A DNA stretch of 64,000 bases from contig CAZAOZ010000004.1 in the NCBI GenBank assembly GCA_964486865.1, positions 38,602 to 102,601 of the forward strand, read 5' to 3'. A model generated the notes under the pieces. It was not told where the DNA came from. It saw only the letters and a program-made list of their open reading frames with translations, and did not search any database. Both the position numbers and the translations under genes were made by a program. Each line of letters starts with the position of its first letter. The first letter of the stretch is position 1. Positions 20,343 to 29,364 of this stretch are shown here, piece after piece. The stretch is from an uncultured Bordetella sp. (GTDB lineage Bacteria; Pseudomonadota; Gammaproteobacteria; Burkholderiales; SG8-41).

Positions 20343-21566
20343 ATGCAAAGCAAAAATGAGCACAAAAACGAACGCAGGAAGGTTCTGCTCGGCCTGACCG
20401 GCGGCATCGCCGCCTACAAGGCCGCTGAACTCGTGCGCCGGCTGGGTGACCGCGGCATCGAGGTACAGGTGGTGATGACCCAGGCGGCCTGCGGCTTCAT
20501 CACGCCGGCGACGCTGCAGGCGCTGTCGGGCAACCCGGTATACACCGACATGTGGGATGCGAGTATCCCGAATGCGATGGCGCATATCGAGCTGACGCGT
20601 GACAAGCAACTGATCGTCGTCGCGCCCGCCACCGCGGATTTTCTCGCCAAGGCCGCTCACGGCCTCGCCGACGACCTGCTGTCCACGCTGTGCCTCGCCC
20701 GCGAGTGCCCGCTGATCGTCGCGCCGGCGATGAACCGGCAGATGTGGGAACACCCGGCGACGCAGCGCAATGTCGCACAACTCAAACGCGACGGCATCAC
20801 CGTGCTCGGCCCCGACGCGGGCGACCAGGCCTGCGGCGAAACCGGCATGGGCCGCATGCTCGAAGCCGATGAACTTGCTGAAACCATCAGCGCTTTTCTC
20901 GAACCCAAGACATTGTCCGGCAGGCGCGTGCTGATGACCGCCGGGCCGACCTTCGAACCCATCGACGCCGTGCGCGGCATTACCAACCGCAGCTCCGGGA
21001 AAATGGGCTACGCGCTGGCGCGCGCAGCCATCGCCGCCGGCGCCGAGGTCACGCTGGTGTCCGGCCCGACCAGCCTTGCACCACCGGTTGGTGCGACGAT
21101 CGCCCGCGTACAAACCGCCGCGGAAATGTTCGAGGCCGTCAAAAAACAGGCGTCCAGGGCCGACATTTTCATCGGCGTCGCCGCGGTGGCCGATTACCGC
21201 GTCAGCGCGCCGCGCAAGCACAAGATCAAGAAAACCGACAAAACCCAGTTGCAGCTGAGCCTGGTGCCCAATCCCGACATCCTCGGCTGGATCGCGGCGC
21301 GGCCCAAACCGCCGTTCTGCGTCGGCTTTGCCGCCGAAAGCCGCAACCTCGATGCCTACGCCAACGAAAAACGCCGGCGCAAAAAAGTGCCGCTGATGAT
21401 CGCCAATCTCGCGCAGGAAGCCATCGGCGCCGACGACAACGAAGTAACGCTGCTCGATGACCGCGGCACACACCGCCTGCCGCGCGCGTCCAAGGACATC
21501 GTCGCGCGGCAGATCATCAGCCACATCGCTGCGCTTTGCGGCGCCTCGCGCCGCAAGACACGGTGA
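20343..21566 (+). CDS. coaBC: bifunctional phosphopantothenoylcysteine decarboxylase / phosphopantothenate--cysteine ligase
   Basis: LLGLTGGIAAYK flavoprotein motif, PAMNRQMW, and a C-terminal CoaB domain (ITNRSSGKMG). Confidence 0.93.
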   Translation: MQSKNEHKNERRKVLLGLTGGIAAYKAAELVRRLGDRGIEVQVVMTQAACGFITPATLQALSGNPVYTDMWDASIPNAMAHIELTRDKQLIVVAPATADFLAKAAHGLADDLLSTLCLARECPLIVAPAMNRQMWEHPATQRNVAQLKRDGITVLGPDAGDQACGETGMGRMLEADELAETISAFLEPKTLSGRRVLMTAGPTFEPIDAVRGITNRSSGKMGYALARAAIAAGAEVTLVSGPTSLAPPVGATIARVQTAAEMFEAVKKQASRADIFIGVAAVADYRVSAPRKHKIKKTDKTQLQLSLVPNPDILGWIAARPKPPFCVGFAAESRNLDAYANEKRRRKKVPLMIANLAQEAIGADDNEVTLLDDRGTHRLPRASKDIVARQIISHIAALCGASRRKTR

Positions 21567-21685
21567 AGGGTGAATGCGTGAGAGATGAAGGGGGAAAACC
21601 GGACCCCGCTGCCGCCGTCTCCGTTACCGGGTTCACACCCTTACCCTTCACGGCCGCCCAGCGGCATCACCTTTCACCCTTCACT
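21561..21685. repeat. heptad hairpin element (GGTGAAG variant related to REP family 1)
   Basis: ggtgaagggtgaatgcgtgagagatgaaggg ... cacccttacccttcacgg ... cacctttcacccttcact. Inverted arms of 7-nt repeats in the coaBC-dut spacer. Confidence 0.55.
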
Positions 21686-21693
21686 GGTTTGCA

Positions 21694-22143
21694 ATGAAAT
21701 CCATCGACGTCAAAATCCTCGACGCGCGGCTGCGCGACCAGTTGCCGCAATACGCAACCCCCGGCGCGGCCGGCCTCGACCTGCGCGCCTGCCTGGAAAA
21801 ACCGCTGACGCTGCAACCCGGCCAGACCGAACTGATCCCCGCCGGCATGGCCATCCACATCGCCGATCCCGGCCTCGCCGCGATCATCCTGCCGCGCTCC
21901 GGCCTCGGCCACAAACACGGCATCGTGCTCGGCAACCTGGTCGGCCTGATCGATTCCGACTACCAGGGACAACTGTTCGTATCCACCTGGAACCGCGGCA
22001 ATGCCGCGTTCACCATCAACCCGCTGGAACGCCTGGCGCAACTGGTGGTTGTCCCCGTCGTGCAGGTCGCCTTCAATATCGTCGATGATTTCACCGCTTC
22101 CGCCCGCGGCGCCGGCGGTTTTGGCAGCAGCGGGAGAAGCTAG
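21694..22143 (+). CDS. dut: dUTP diphosphatase
   Basis: [34 protein letters not shown] and GFGSSG motifs. Confidence 0.95.
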   Translation: MKSIDVKILDARLRDQLPQYATPGAAGLDLRACLEKPLTLQPGQTELIPAGMAIHIADPGLAAIILPRSGLGHKHGIVLGNLVGLIDSDYQGQLFVSTWNRGNAAFTINPLERLAQLVVVPVVQVAFNIVDDFTASARGAGGFGSSGRS

Positions 22144-22234
22144 TGATGAGTGATGGGTGATGGGTGATGAGTGAAACACTTGCAAACCGAGGGGTCGGGT
22201 TACGCTCATCACCCATCACTCATCACTCATCACT
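22143..22234. repeat. REP family 1 full hairpin (GTGATGA heptads)
   Basis: Left arm gtgatgagtgatgggtgatgggtgatgagtg, right arm ctcatcacccatcactcatcactcatcac. Confidence 0.8.
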
Positions 22235-22664
22235 GTTTTTGCTGCTGATCGCCGCCCTGTGCCTGACCAGCGCGGGCGCCGGCGCCGCCATGCCGCAGAT
22301 CGAGCTCGAGGCGAACAGGCAGAAACTCGTTGCCGAAGTGGCGATCACCGATGCGGACCGCATGCAGGGCCTGATGCACCGGCGCATGCTGCCGGAGAAC
22401 CGCGGCATGCTGTTCGTGTTTGACAGCGTTGCCTATCACGGCATGTGGATGATGAACACGTACATTCCGCTGTCGGTGGCCTTCCTCGACGAAGCGGGCG
22501 TCATTATCAATATCGAAGACATGAAACCGCACACCCGCGATTCGCATTACGCGGCGCGCCCCGCGCGCTACGCGCTGGAAATGAATCTCGGCTGGTTCCG
22601 CAAACGCGGCATCAGCCCCGGCATGAAAATCGAAGGGCTGAACAAGGCGCAACCGGCGCGCTGA
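22164..22664 (+). CDS. DUF192 domain-containing exported protein (start uncertain)
   Basis: RMQGLMHRRMLPENRGMLFVF...MWMMNTYIPLSVAFLD is DUF192-like. The track start lies inside the REP hairpin, so the real start is probably the TTG near 22240, giving signal peptide (M)LLIAALCLTSAGAGA. Confidence 0.72.
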   Translation: MMSETLANRGVGLRSSPITHHSSLFLLLIAALCLTSAGAGAAMPQIELEANRQKLVAEVAITDADRMQGLMHRRMLPENRGMLFVFDSVAYHGMWMMNTYIPLSVAFLDEAGVIINIEDMKPHTRDSHYAARPARYALEMNLGWFRKRGISPGMKIEGLNKAQPAR

Positions 22665-22679
22665 GCGGTACGCGCAAAC

Positions 22680-22711
22680 AAAAACGCCCGGGCAAGCCCG
22701 GGCGTTTTTTA
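22680..22711. terminator. bidirectional rho-independent terminator
   Basis: aaaaACGCCCGGGcaaGCCCGGGCGTtttttt between convergent genes. Confidence 0.8.
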
Positions 22712-22734
22712 TGCAACAGTTACCGCAGGCAGCT

Positions 22735-23322
22735 TTAGAGCCCGCCGTTCTGCTGAGCGACCATGCAAAACAGCATGGGTATCGACAGCATGGTGTTGGC
22801 ACGCGAGGTCAACATCGCCAGACGCGCGGCAGCCGCCTTGGCCGGAGCCTCGACCTGCACGATACCCAGCGCTTTTTTCTGGTTCGGCCAGATGATGAAC
22901 CACACGTTGAACGCCATGATCAGCGCGAGCCACATGCCGATGCCGATCGCGGTGAACGGCTTGCCGAACATCAGCGCGGTGCCGAGGTAACCGTTCATGC
23001 CGGCAACGATCAGCCCGGTGATGACGGTAGCCAGCGCCGCCCAGCGGAACCAGAACAGCGCTTCCGGCGCGATCACCTTGCCGATCGCCGGTTTCTGCTC
23101 ATCGGGGATTTTCGGCATGGAGGGTATCTGCACAAAATTGAAGTACCACAGCAGTCCGATCCACATCACGCCGGACATCACGTGCAGCCAGCGCATCACG
23201 AATGCCCACCAGGCATGATCGCCGGCATCCCGCGCGCCGCTGCCGGCAACGAGTATAAGGACTACGAGAATGACGAAACCGGCAAGAACGGTCCGTCCCA
23301 AAGACTGGAATATCGCTCCCAT
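22735..23322 (-). CDS. integral membrane protein, urate hydroxylase PuuD-like membrane domain
   Basis: WLHVMSGVMWIGLLWYFNFVQ and four or five TM helices. ATG at 23322 preceded by AAGGAG. Family call is from memory of similar annotations. Confidence 0.55.
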   Translation of the reverse strand: MGAIFQSLGRTVLAGFVILVVLILVAGSGARDAGDHAWWAFVMRWLHVMSGVMWIGLLWYFNFVQIPSMPKIPDEQKPAIGKVIAPEALFWFRWAALATVITGLIVAGMNGYLGTALMFGKPFTAIGIGMWLALIMAFNVWFIIWPNQKKALGIVQVEAPAKAAAARLAMLTSRANTMLSIPMLFCMVAQQNGGL

Positions 23323-23448
23323 GTGCGCACTCCTTTCAATCGGAATTGTTATGAAATGAAGCAACCTGCAAAACAGCGCGCAGTCTAGCACAGCAGCCCG
23401 GGGCCGCCGGCAAAAGCCACTCTCAGATCAGGGGGAAGGCCGCAACAA

Positions 23449-24417
23449 TCAGGCCGCGGCCAGGCTGCCGGTTTCCACGGCGGCGATCGCCTTGGCCTGG
23501 TTCATGTCCTGCGCATAACCGGCGCCGTAGAGGCAGCACGCGAACTGATTGGTAATCGGCGCAGGCATGGGGATGCGCCCTTCGAGTACGCCGGCGATCC
23601 AGCGCGCGGTGCCTTGCAGATCATCGGCGGCCGGCAGCGGATGCGCACAGCGCGGTGTCGCTTCGGCATCGAACAATGCCTGCACGCTGCCGCCGCGCAC
23701 CAGATCGATGGCCGGCCGGCATTGTGCATCAACCACCGGCTCGCCGTCGCCGGTTCCGAACAGCAACGCACTCATATCGCTGTCGTATAACAGCGATTGC
23801 AGCATCACGCGCTCATGATCGCGCTCGGTCGGCATCAGTTGCAGCGCCGCACCGCCCAGCGGGTCGGCCAGGCGCGCCAGCAGGCGCGCCAGCGCGCCGC
23901 CGCCCAGCCGCACCCGCAGCGCCAGCAGATCGGCCAGCGCCGGCGCCAGGGCGCCGGTCAGCACAAAGGCCACCTGTCCGTCGTGCAACACCTGCTGCGC
24001 CTGCGCAAGACTGGCGCAGGGCATGATGCCCAGTTCACGGAAAATGGAAGCTGTCGCCACGCCGCGCTCACCGCTCAGCATGCCGTGCGCCAGCACCGGG
24101 ATGCCCAGCCGCTGCAGGCTCAGCGCCAGCAACGGCACCAGGTTCGGCTGCCCGCGCACTGCGCCGTACGAAGGCATCAGCACCGGGCGCCACTGCGTAT
24201 CCGGCAGGCTCATCTGAAACACCCGCGGCAGCAATGCCGTCCGCACGCCCACCAGTTCCTGCAGCGTCAATGGCCGCTGTTCCAGCAGCGCCAGCAGGCC
24301 GCCCAGTTCGAGATCCGGCACGCCGCCGTCGAACAGGGCCGCGAACAACGCCCCGGCTTCCTGTTCCGTCAGCGACTGGTCTGCCGCCAATGCATCAATC
24401 ATGTGTGTCCACGCCAT
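23449..24417 (-). CDS. glycosyl transferase family 3 protein (TrpD paralogue, YbiB-like)
   Basis: N-terminal helical bundle (LTEQEAGALFAALFDGGVPDLELGGLLALL) plus a family-3 core. Confidence 0.72.
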   Translation of the reverse strand: MAWTHMIDALAADQSLTEQEAGALFAALFDGGVPDLELGGLLALLEQRPLTLQELVGVRTALLPRVFQMSLPDTQWRPVLMPSYGAVRGQPNLVPLLALSLQRLGIPVLAHGMLSGERGVATASIFRELGIMPCASLAQAQQVLHDGQVAFVLTGALAPALADLLALRVRLGGGALARLLARLADPLGGAALQLMPTERDHERVMLQSLLYDSDMSALLFGTGDGEPVVDAQCRPAIDLVRGGSVQALFDAEATPRCAHPLPAADDLQGTARWIAGVLEGRIPMPAPITNQFACCLYGAGYAQDMNQAKAIAAVETGSLAAA

Positions 24418-24630
24418 TGCCGCCTCTCCGGCGCATGCCGCCGATGATTACCTGCTGGCAGACAGAGCAACCACCGTGCCATGCCGCCGCAGGCGCACAC
24501 CGGGCGCCCGGCGGCGGAAAATGGCTGATGCGCGCCACCCTTCGGTGCGCGCCCCTGCGGCGCTGCTTTATTTTGGTGCCGGCCGTATCGCGGAACAGCC
24601 ACCCCGGCAAAGCCGGCGCCCGCGCCGGAA

Positions 24631-25476
24631 TCAGTTGGCCTGCTGCTTCCGGGTCAGGGGCACAAACCGCACGTCGAGGATCTTGCGGCGCGTCACCCCG
24701 CCATGCGCGTCCTTGTCGATCACATACAGCGCCTGTGCGCCGCGCGGACCCAGCGGAACCACCAGCCGGCCGCCGGTTTTCAACTGGTCGGTCAGCGGCT
24801 GCGGCACATCCGGCGCCGCAGCCGTGACCATGATCGCATCGAACGGCGCTTCTTCAGGCCAGCCGGCATAACCGTCGCCGATCCGCGTATGCACGTTGCG
24901 ATAACCCGCGGCCGCCAATGCCCGCGCCGCCTCCCGGCCCAGCGGCTCGATCACTTCGATGGAATAGACCGCGCGCACCATTTCGGCCAGCACCGCCGCC
25001 TGATAACCCGAACCTGTGCCGACCTCCAGCACCTTGTCGCCGGGGCCGACACCCAGCAGATCGGTCATCAGCGCGACGATGAAAGGCTGCGAAATCGTCT
25101 GCCCGTGACCGATGGGCAGCGGCTGATTGTCATAGGCCTGCGCCATCTGCGACGGCGGCACAAAACGATGCCGGTCCACCTTGCGCAGCGCGGCGATCAC
25201 CTGCGGATCCAGCGCCGCGCGCCCGGTCTCGCGCGCCGTGTCGCGCACCATACGCCCGATCTCGGCGATCATCACGTCGCGGCGCACGTCAAGGTTTTCA
25301 GCCGCTTCGGCATTCATGTGAACTCCCGGCAACACGCAGGCCACGCCGGCGCACAGCGCGACCACGCTGCCGCGCACCCGGTGATCCGCAACCGTTCCGC
25401 CAAAGAAAAAGGGCATACCGTTGCCAGTATGCCCCTTCCGCGCCGGCCGCCTCAAGACGGCTGTCAGCGGCGGCAA
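24631..25476 (-). CDS. pcm: protein-L-isoaspartate O-methyltransferase (start uncertain)
   Basis: GHGQTISQPFIVALMTDLL and VLEVGTGSGYQAAVLA motifs. Possible starts at 25476, 25416 or 25317. Confidence 0.85.
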   Translation of the reverse strand: MPPLTAVLRRPARKGHTGNGMPFFFGGTVADHRVRGSVVALCAGVACVLPGVHMNAEAAENLDVRRDVMIAEIGRMVRDTARETGRAALDPQVIAALRKVDRHRFVPPSQMAQAYDNQPLPIGHGQTISQPFIVALMTDLLGVGPGDKVLEVGTGSGYQAAVLAEMVRAVYSIEVIEPLGREAARALAAAGYRNVHTRIGDGYAGWPEEAPFDAIMVTAAAPDVPQPLTDQLKTGGRLVVPLGPRGAQALYVIDKDAHGGVTRRKILDVRFVPLTRKQQAN

Positions 25477-25479
25477 AAA

Positions 25480-25857
25480 TCAGCCTTTCAGGCAGGCGCT
25501 CATGAATTTCTTGCGCTCATCGCCGGACTTGCCTTCAGCCTTGGCGTTGCAGCTCTTCATGCGCTCCTGCTGTTTTTTCTGCGCTTCGGTGGGTTCTTTC
25601 TTGGGAGCCGCAGTCTCGCCTTTCAGGCACGAGCCCATGAATTTCTTGCGCTCCTCGCCGGCCTTGCCTTCAGCCCTGGCATTGCAGTCCTTCATGCGCT
25701 CCTGCTGTTTTTTCTGGGCTTCGCTGGGTTCTTTCTTGGCTTGCTCGGCTTTTTTCTCGGCGGCAGGGGCGCCCTTCTTGGCCTCGCCCTTGTCTTGCGC
25801 ATACGCCGTGGACAGCGCAAACACCGCACACAGGACAGCAGCAATCAGTTGTTTCAT
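25480..25857 (-). CDS. psiF: PsiF repeat protein (two tandem repeats), exported
   Basis: Signal peptide, then two 45-aa units: KKEP(S/T)EAQKKQQERMK.CNA.AEGK.G.ERKKFM..CLKG. Confidence 0.72.
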   Translation of the reverse strand: MKQLIAAVLCAVFALSTAYAQDKGEAKKGAPAAEKKAEQAKKEPSEAQKKQQERMKDCNARAEGKAGEERKKFMGSCLKGETAAPKKEPTEAQKKQQERMKSCNAKAEGKSGDERKKFMSACLKG

Positions 25858-25961
25858 GGTTCCCTCCGTAAATAAATCAATAAAAACAAAAGGTTATCGA
25901 TATGTGCCGCCGTAATCTGCGACGGAGCAGCCCGACGTCCACGTTAACGCGCCCGCGCGAA

Positions 25962-26975
25962 TCAGGGATGACAAAGCCCGAAGGCGCCGGCGACCAGTTC
26001 GTAAGAATGCAGCCGCGTGTCGTAATCGCCGGTAATGGTGATGACCATCAGCTCATCGGCCTGGAATTCGGCCTGAATCTCCAGCAACCGTTGTTTGACG
26101 ACCGCCGGCGTGCCGAGCACCACGCGGCGGCGGTGATGCGCGATGCGCTGCCGATCGACATCGGTGTACGGATAACGCTCGGCTTCTTCCAGCGTCGGCA
26201 CCGGCGCGTTGACGCCGTAATCCATGTTCAGCCGGCGCAGATCGACACTTTGCGCCAGCCGTTCCGCCTGTGCCTGCGATTCGGCGCAGATCACGAACAC
26301 GCACACCAGCGCCTGCGGCTGCGGTTCGCGCGCCGAAGGCTGATAGCGGCTTTTGAAGTCGCGCATCACCACGTCGCCGCCGCGCGCACTGATGAAATGC
26401 GCGAATGCAAAACGCAGGCCCAGCTGCGCCGCCAGCGCGCCGCTGTAATCCGATGAGCCCAGCAGCCAGATCTGCGGGCTGGTCGGGCCCGCGGGCTGCG
26501 CCTTGACGTGCGCGAACGGGTGGTCCTCCGGCAAATCATCATCCAGGTAGGCGGCCAGGTACTGCACCTGCTCCGGAAAATCATCCGCCGACGGATAACG
26601 CCCCTGCCCCATGGCCGTCGCCGTCGCCTGATCGCCGCCCGGCGCGCGGCCGATACCGAGATCAATGCGTCCCGGAAACAGCGCTTCGAGCATGCGAAAC
26701 TGCTCGGCGATTTTCAGCGGACTGTAGTAGGGCAGCAGCACGCCGCCGGTACCGACCCGGATGGTCGAGGTTGCCGCGGCCACGCGCGTCACCAGGATTT
26801 CCGGGCACGGATCGGCCAGCGCCATGACCGAATGATGCTCGGCGCACCAGTAGCGGTAATACCCCAGTTTTTCCGCCGCCTGCGCCAGGCGGATGGTCTG
26901 CTGTATGGCCTGCTGCGGCGTGTGCCCGCTGATGATCGGCGACTGGTCGAGAATGCTGAGTTTGATGATTGTCAT
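25962..26975 (-). CDS. LLM class flavin-dependent oxidoreductase (luciferase-like)
   Basis: MTIIKLSILDQSPI...YYRYWCAEHH...RIDLGIGRAPG is typical of the YhbW-like subfamily. Confidence 0.85.
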   Translation of the reverse strand: MTIIKLSILDQSPIISGHTPQQAIQQTIRLAQAAEKLGYYRYWCAEHHSVMALADPCPEILVTRVAAATSTIRVGTGGVLLPYYSPLKIAEQFRMLEALFPGRIDLGIGRAPGGDQATATAMGQGRYPSADDFPEQVQYLAAYLDDDLPEDHPFAHVKAQPAGPTSPQIWLLGSSDYSGALAAQLGLRFAFAHFISARGGDVVMRDFKSRYQPSAREPQPQALVCVFVICAESQAQAERLAQSVDLRRLNMDYGVNAPVPTLEEAERYPYTDVDRQRIAHHRRRVVLGTPAVVKQRLLEIQAEFQADELMVITITGDYDTRLHSYELVAGAFGLCHP

Positions 26976-26999
26976 ATGAGATTCAGGTCAAAAACTTTT

Positions 27000-27128
27000 T
27001 AGCCACAGAGGGCACAGAGAACACAGAGGAAACCAAGGTCAAAAACACGAGCAACATCAATCGATGTTTTTCCAGAACATGAATTTTGATTTCGATCTTC
27101 TCTGTGAACTCTGTGCCCTCTGTGGCTA
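27000..27128. repeat. REP family 2 hairpin element (CACAGAG type)
   Basis: Left arm tagccacagagggcacagagaacacagagg, right arm cttctctgtgaactctgtgccctctgtggcta, loop of about 70 nt. Confidence 0.85.
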
Positions 27129-27139
27129 CCGTTGTTTTT

Positions 27140-28093
27140 CTATTCCGAGCCGCGGATGAACGCATCCAGCACGCCGCACCAGCCCAATGCCAGATTCCTG
27201 CGGTTGTAACCGCCGCCGCCAAAGCCCATGATGCGGCCCCGGCACATGTCGTTGGCCAGCACACACAACCGGCGCGCGGCGTGCGCATGCGCCGCCGGCG
27301 TGTACTGCAGATGCGCCAGCGGATCGCCGGCAATGCTGTCGGCGCCGGCCTGGAACACAATGAACTCGGGCTTGTGCAGTCGCAGGTGAGCTTCGACGCG
27401 CTCCCACGCCGCCATGAATTCCTTGTTGCCGGCGCCGGGCTGCATGGGAATATTCAGCTTGAGACCGGCTCCTGCGCCCTTGCCGCGCTCGCTGTCGGCG
27501 CCGGTACCCGGATACAGAAACCGCCCGTCTTCGTGAATGTCGGCGTAAATCAGATCGGGATCGGACTCATACGGGTAATACAGGCCGTCGCCGTGATGCA
27601 CGTCGATATCGACATAAGCGATGCGCTTGATGCCGTACTGGCTGCGCAGCGTATCGATGACCACGCCGCAATCATTGAACACGCAGAATCCGGCGGCATG
27701 ATCGCGCGCCGCGTGATGCAGGCCGCCGATGGGCTGAAAAGTACGCAGCACATCACCCGCCATGATCTTCTGCAGGCCGTCGAGCGCGGCGCCGACGACA
27801 TGGCTGGATGCCTCATAGACGCCGGGAAACGCCGGCGTGTCGCCCGCATCGATCGAACCGTAGCCGCGATCGGACAGCAGATGCACCCGCTGCACATGCT
27901 GCTCATCGTGAAAGCGTTCGATTTCCGCGTCGCTCGCCGCGCGCGAGCCGCACACCGCCGCCGACTGGTCGAGTTTTTGTTTGGTCGCCTCCGCCCAGAA
28001 CGCATCCTGGCGATCCGGACCCCACGGATGACCTTCGGGAAATCCGTAACTGGCCAGCGCTTCGTCCACATACAACGCCACTTCCGGTTTCAT
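27140..28093 (-). CDS. histone deacetylase family protein (AcuC/AphA-like)
   Basis: GGLHHAARDHAAGFCVFND and YVDIDVHHGDG zinc and catalytic motifs. Confidence 0.88.
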   Translation of the reverse strand: MKPEVALYVDEALASYGFPEGHPWGPDRQDAFWAEATKQKLDQSAAVCGSRAASDAEIERFHDEQHVQRVHLLSDRGYGSIDAGDTPAFPGVYEASSHVVGAALDGLQKIMAGDVLRTFQPIGGLHHAARDHAAGFCVFNDCGVVIDTLRSQYGIKRIAYVDIDVHHGDGLYYPYESDPDLIYADIHEDGRFLYPGTGADSERGKGAGAGLKLNIPMQPGAGNKEFMAAWERVEAHLRLHKPEFIVFQAGADSIAGDPLAHLQYTPAAHAHAARRLCVLANDMCRGRIMGFGGGGYNRRNLALGWCGVLDAFIRGSE

Positions 28094-28129
28094 GCCGCCT
28101 CCTGTAATCCGAAAAACCTTAAAACCTTT

Positions 28130-28240
28130 TAGCCACAGAGGGCACAGAGAGCACAGAGGATTTCAAAAACAACAAATAACCGGCCCCTGATATCTGTCTT
28201 GATTTTGGTTTTCTCTGTGAACTCTGTGTCCTCTGTGGCT
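28130..28240. repeat. REP family 2 hairpin element (CACAGAG type)
   Basis: tagccacagagggcacagagagcacagagg ... ttctctgtgaactctgtgtcctctgtggct, in the same orientation as the copy at 27000. Confidence 0.85.
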
Positions 28241-28256
28241 GCATTTGATTTTGCTT

Positions 28257-29360
28257 TTAAAACAAATTCCCCTGCCGCACCACCCCCGGCACCCGGAACT
28301 GCGCGGTATCGCGCCGGACGCCCTCTCCTCGCCGTGCCTGGTTAAGTCCCGCCTTTTTGCAGGCCACGCTGAAACGCTGCTGCAGCAGATCGGCGAATTC
28401 GCCGGCGCCGCGCATGCGGCTGCCGAACTGCGGATCGTTGTCGCGCCCGCCGCGCATGGCATGCACGCGGCTCATCACGTGTTCGGCCTTCAGCGGGTAA
28501 TGCCGCATCAGCCAGTCGCGGAACAGCGTTTTCACTTCGTACGGCAGCCGCATCAGGATATAGCCCGCGCGCTCTGCGCCGTGCGCCGCCGCGGCGGCAA
28601 CAATGGCCTCGATTTCATGGTCGTTCAGAAAAGGAATCACCGGCGCCACCATCACGCCCGCAGGTATGCCGGCCGACGCCAGCGCGCGCACCGCCGCCAG
28701 CCGGCGCGCCGGCGCCGTGCAGCGCGGCTCCATGCGCCGCGCCAGTTCGTGATCCAGCGTGGTCACCGACACAAACACTTCAGCAAGACCTTTTTTCGCC
28801 ATCGCGCCGAGAATGTCGATATCGCGTTCGACCAGCGCGCTCTTAGTGACTATGCCCACCGGCTGGTTGAATTCGGCGCAGACTTCGAGGATGCCGCGGG
28901 TGATGCGCCGCTCACGTTCCGCCGGCTGGTAAGGGTCGGTATTGGCGCCCAGCGCGATCAGCTCGCACTGGTAACCCGGCTTCGACAATTCGCGGCGCAG
29001 CAGTTCCGCCGCGTTCACCTTCGCAAAAATCCGCGTTTCGAAATCAATGCCCGGCGACAGGTTGCGGTAGGCGTGACTGGGCCGCGCATAACAGTAAATG
29101 CAGCCGTGCTCGCAACCCTGATAGGGATTGATCGACTGCGCGAACGGAATATCCGGCGAATCGTTGCACGAAATGATCGACCTGGCGCGCTCATCAGTCA
29201 CCACCGTCTTCAGCGCGACGGGTTCATCCTCCGCGCCGGTCTGCCAGCCGTCGTCGTAAGCCTCGCGTTCAACCTGCTCGAAGCGCCCTTCGGGATTAAC
29301 ACCCGCGCCGCGCCCCTTGCGCGGATCGGCATGTTTGCCTGACAGCGTGCGCAAGGACAT
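28257..29360 (-). CDS. PA0069-family radical SAM protein
   Basis: CEHGCIYCYARPSH (CxxxCxxC), N-terminal KGRGAGVNPEGRFE, length about 367 aa. Confidence 0.83.
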   Translation of the reverse strand: MSLRTLSGKHADPRKGRGAGVNPEGRFEQVEREAYDDGWQTGAEDEPVALKTVVTDERARSIISCNDSPDIPFAQSINPYQGCEHGCIYCYARPSHAYRNLSPGIDFETRIFAKVNAAELLRRELSKPGYQCELIALGANTDPYQPAERERRITRGILEVCAEFNQPVGIVTKSALVERDIDILGAMAKKGLAEVFVSVTTLDHELARRMEPRCTAPARRLAAVRALASAGIPAGVMVAPVIPFLNDHEIEAIVAAAAAHGAERAGYILMRLPYEVKTLFRDWLMRHYPLKAEHVMSRVHAMRGGRDNDPQFGSRMRGAGEFADLLQQRFSVACKKAGLNQARRGEGVRRDTAQFRVPGVVRQGNLF

Positions 29361-29364
29361 CGCG

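Noticed and set aside
27000-28240. The HDAC gene plus flanking hairpin elements as a composite transposon.
   Set aside because: There is no transposase between or beside the elements. I could not see target-site duplications, and the copies are in direct rather than inverted orientation. It is reported as a repeat observation only.
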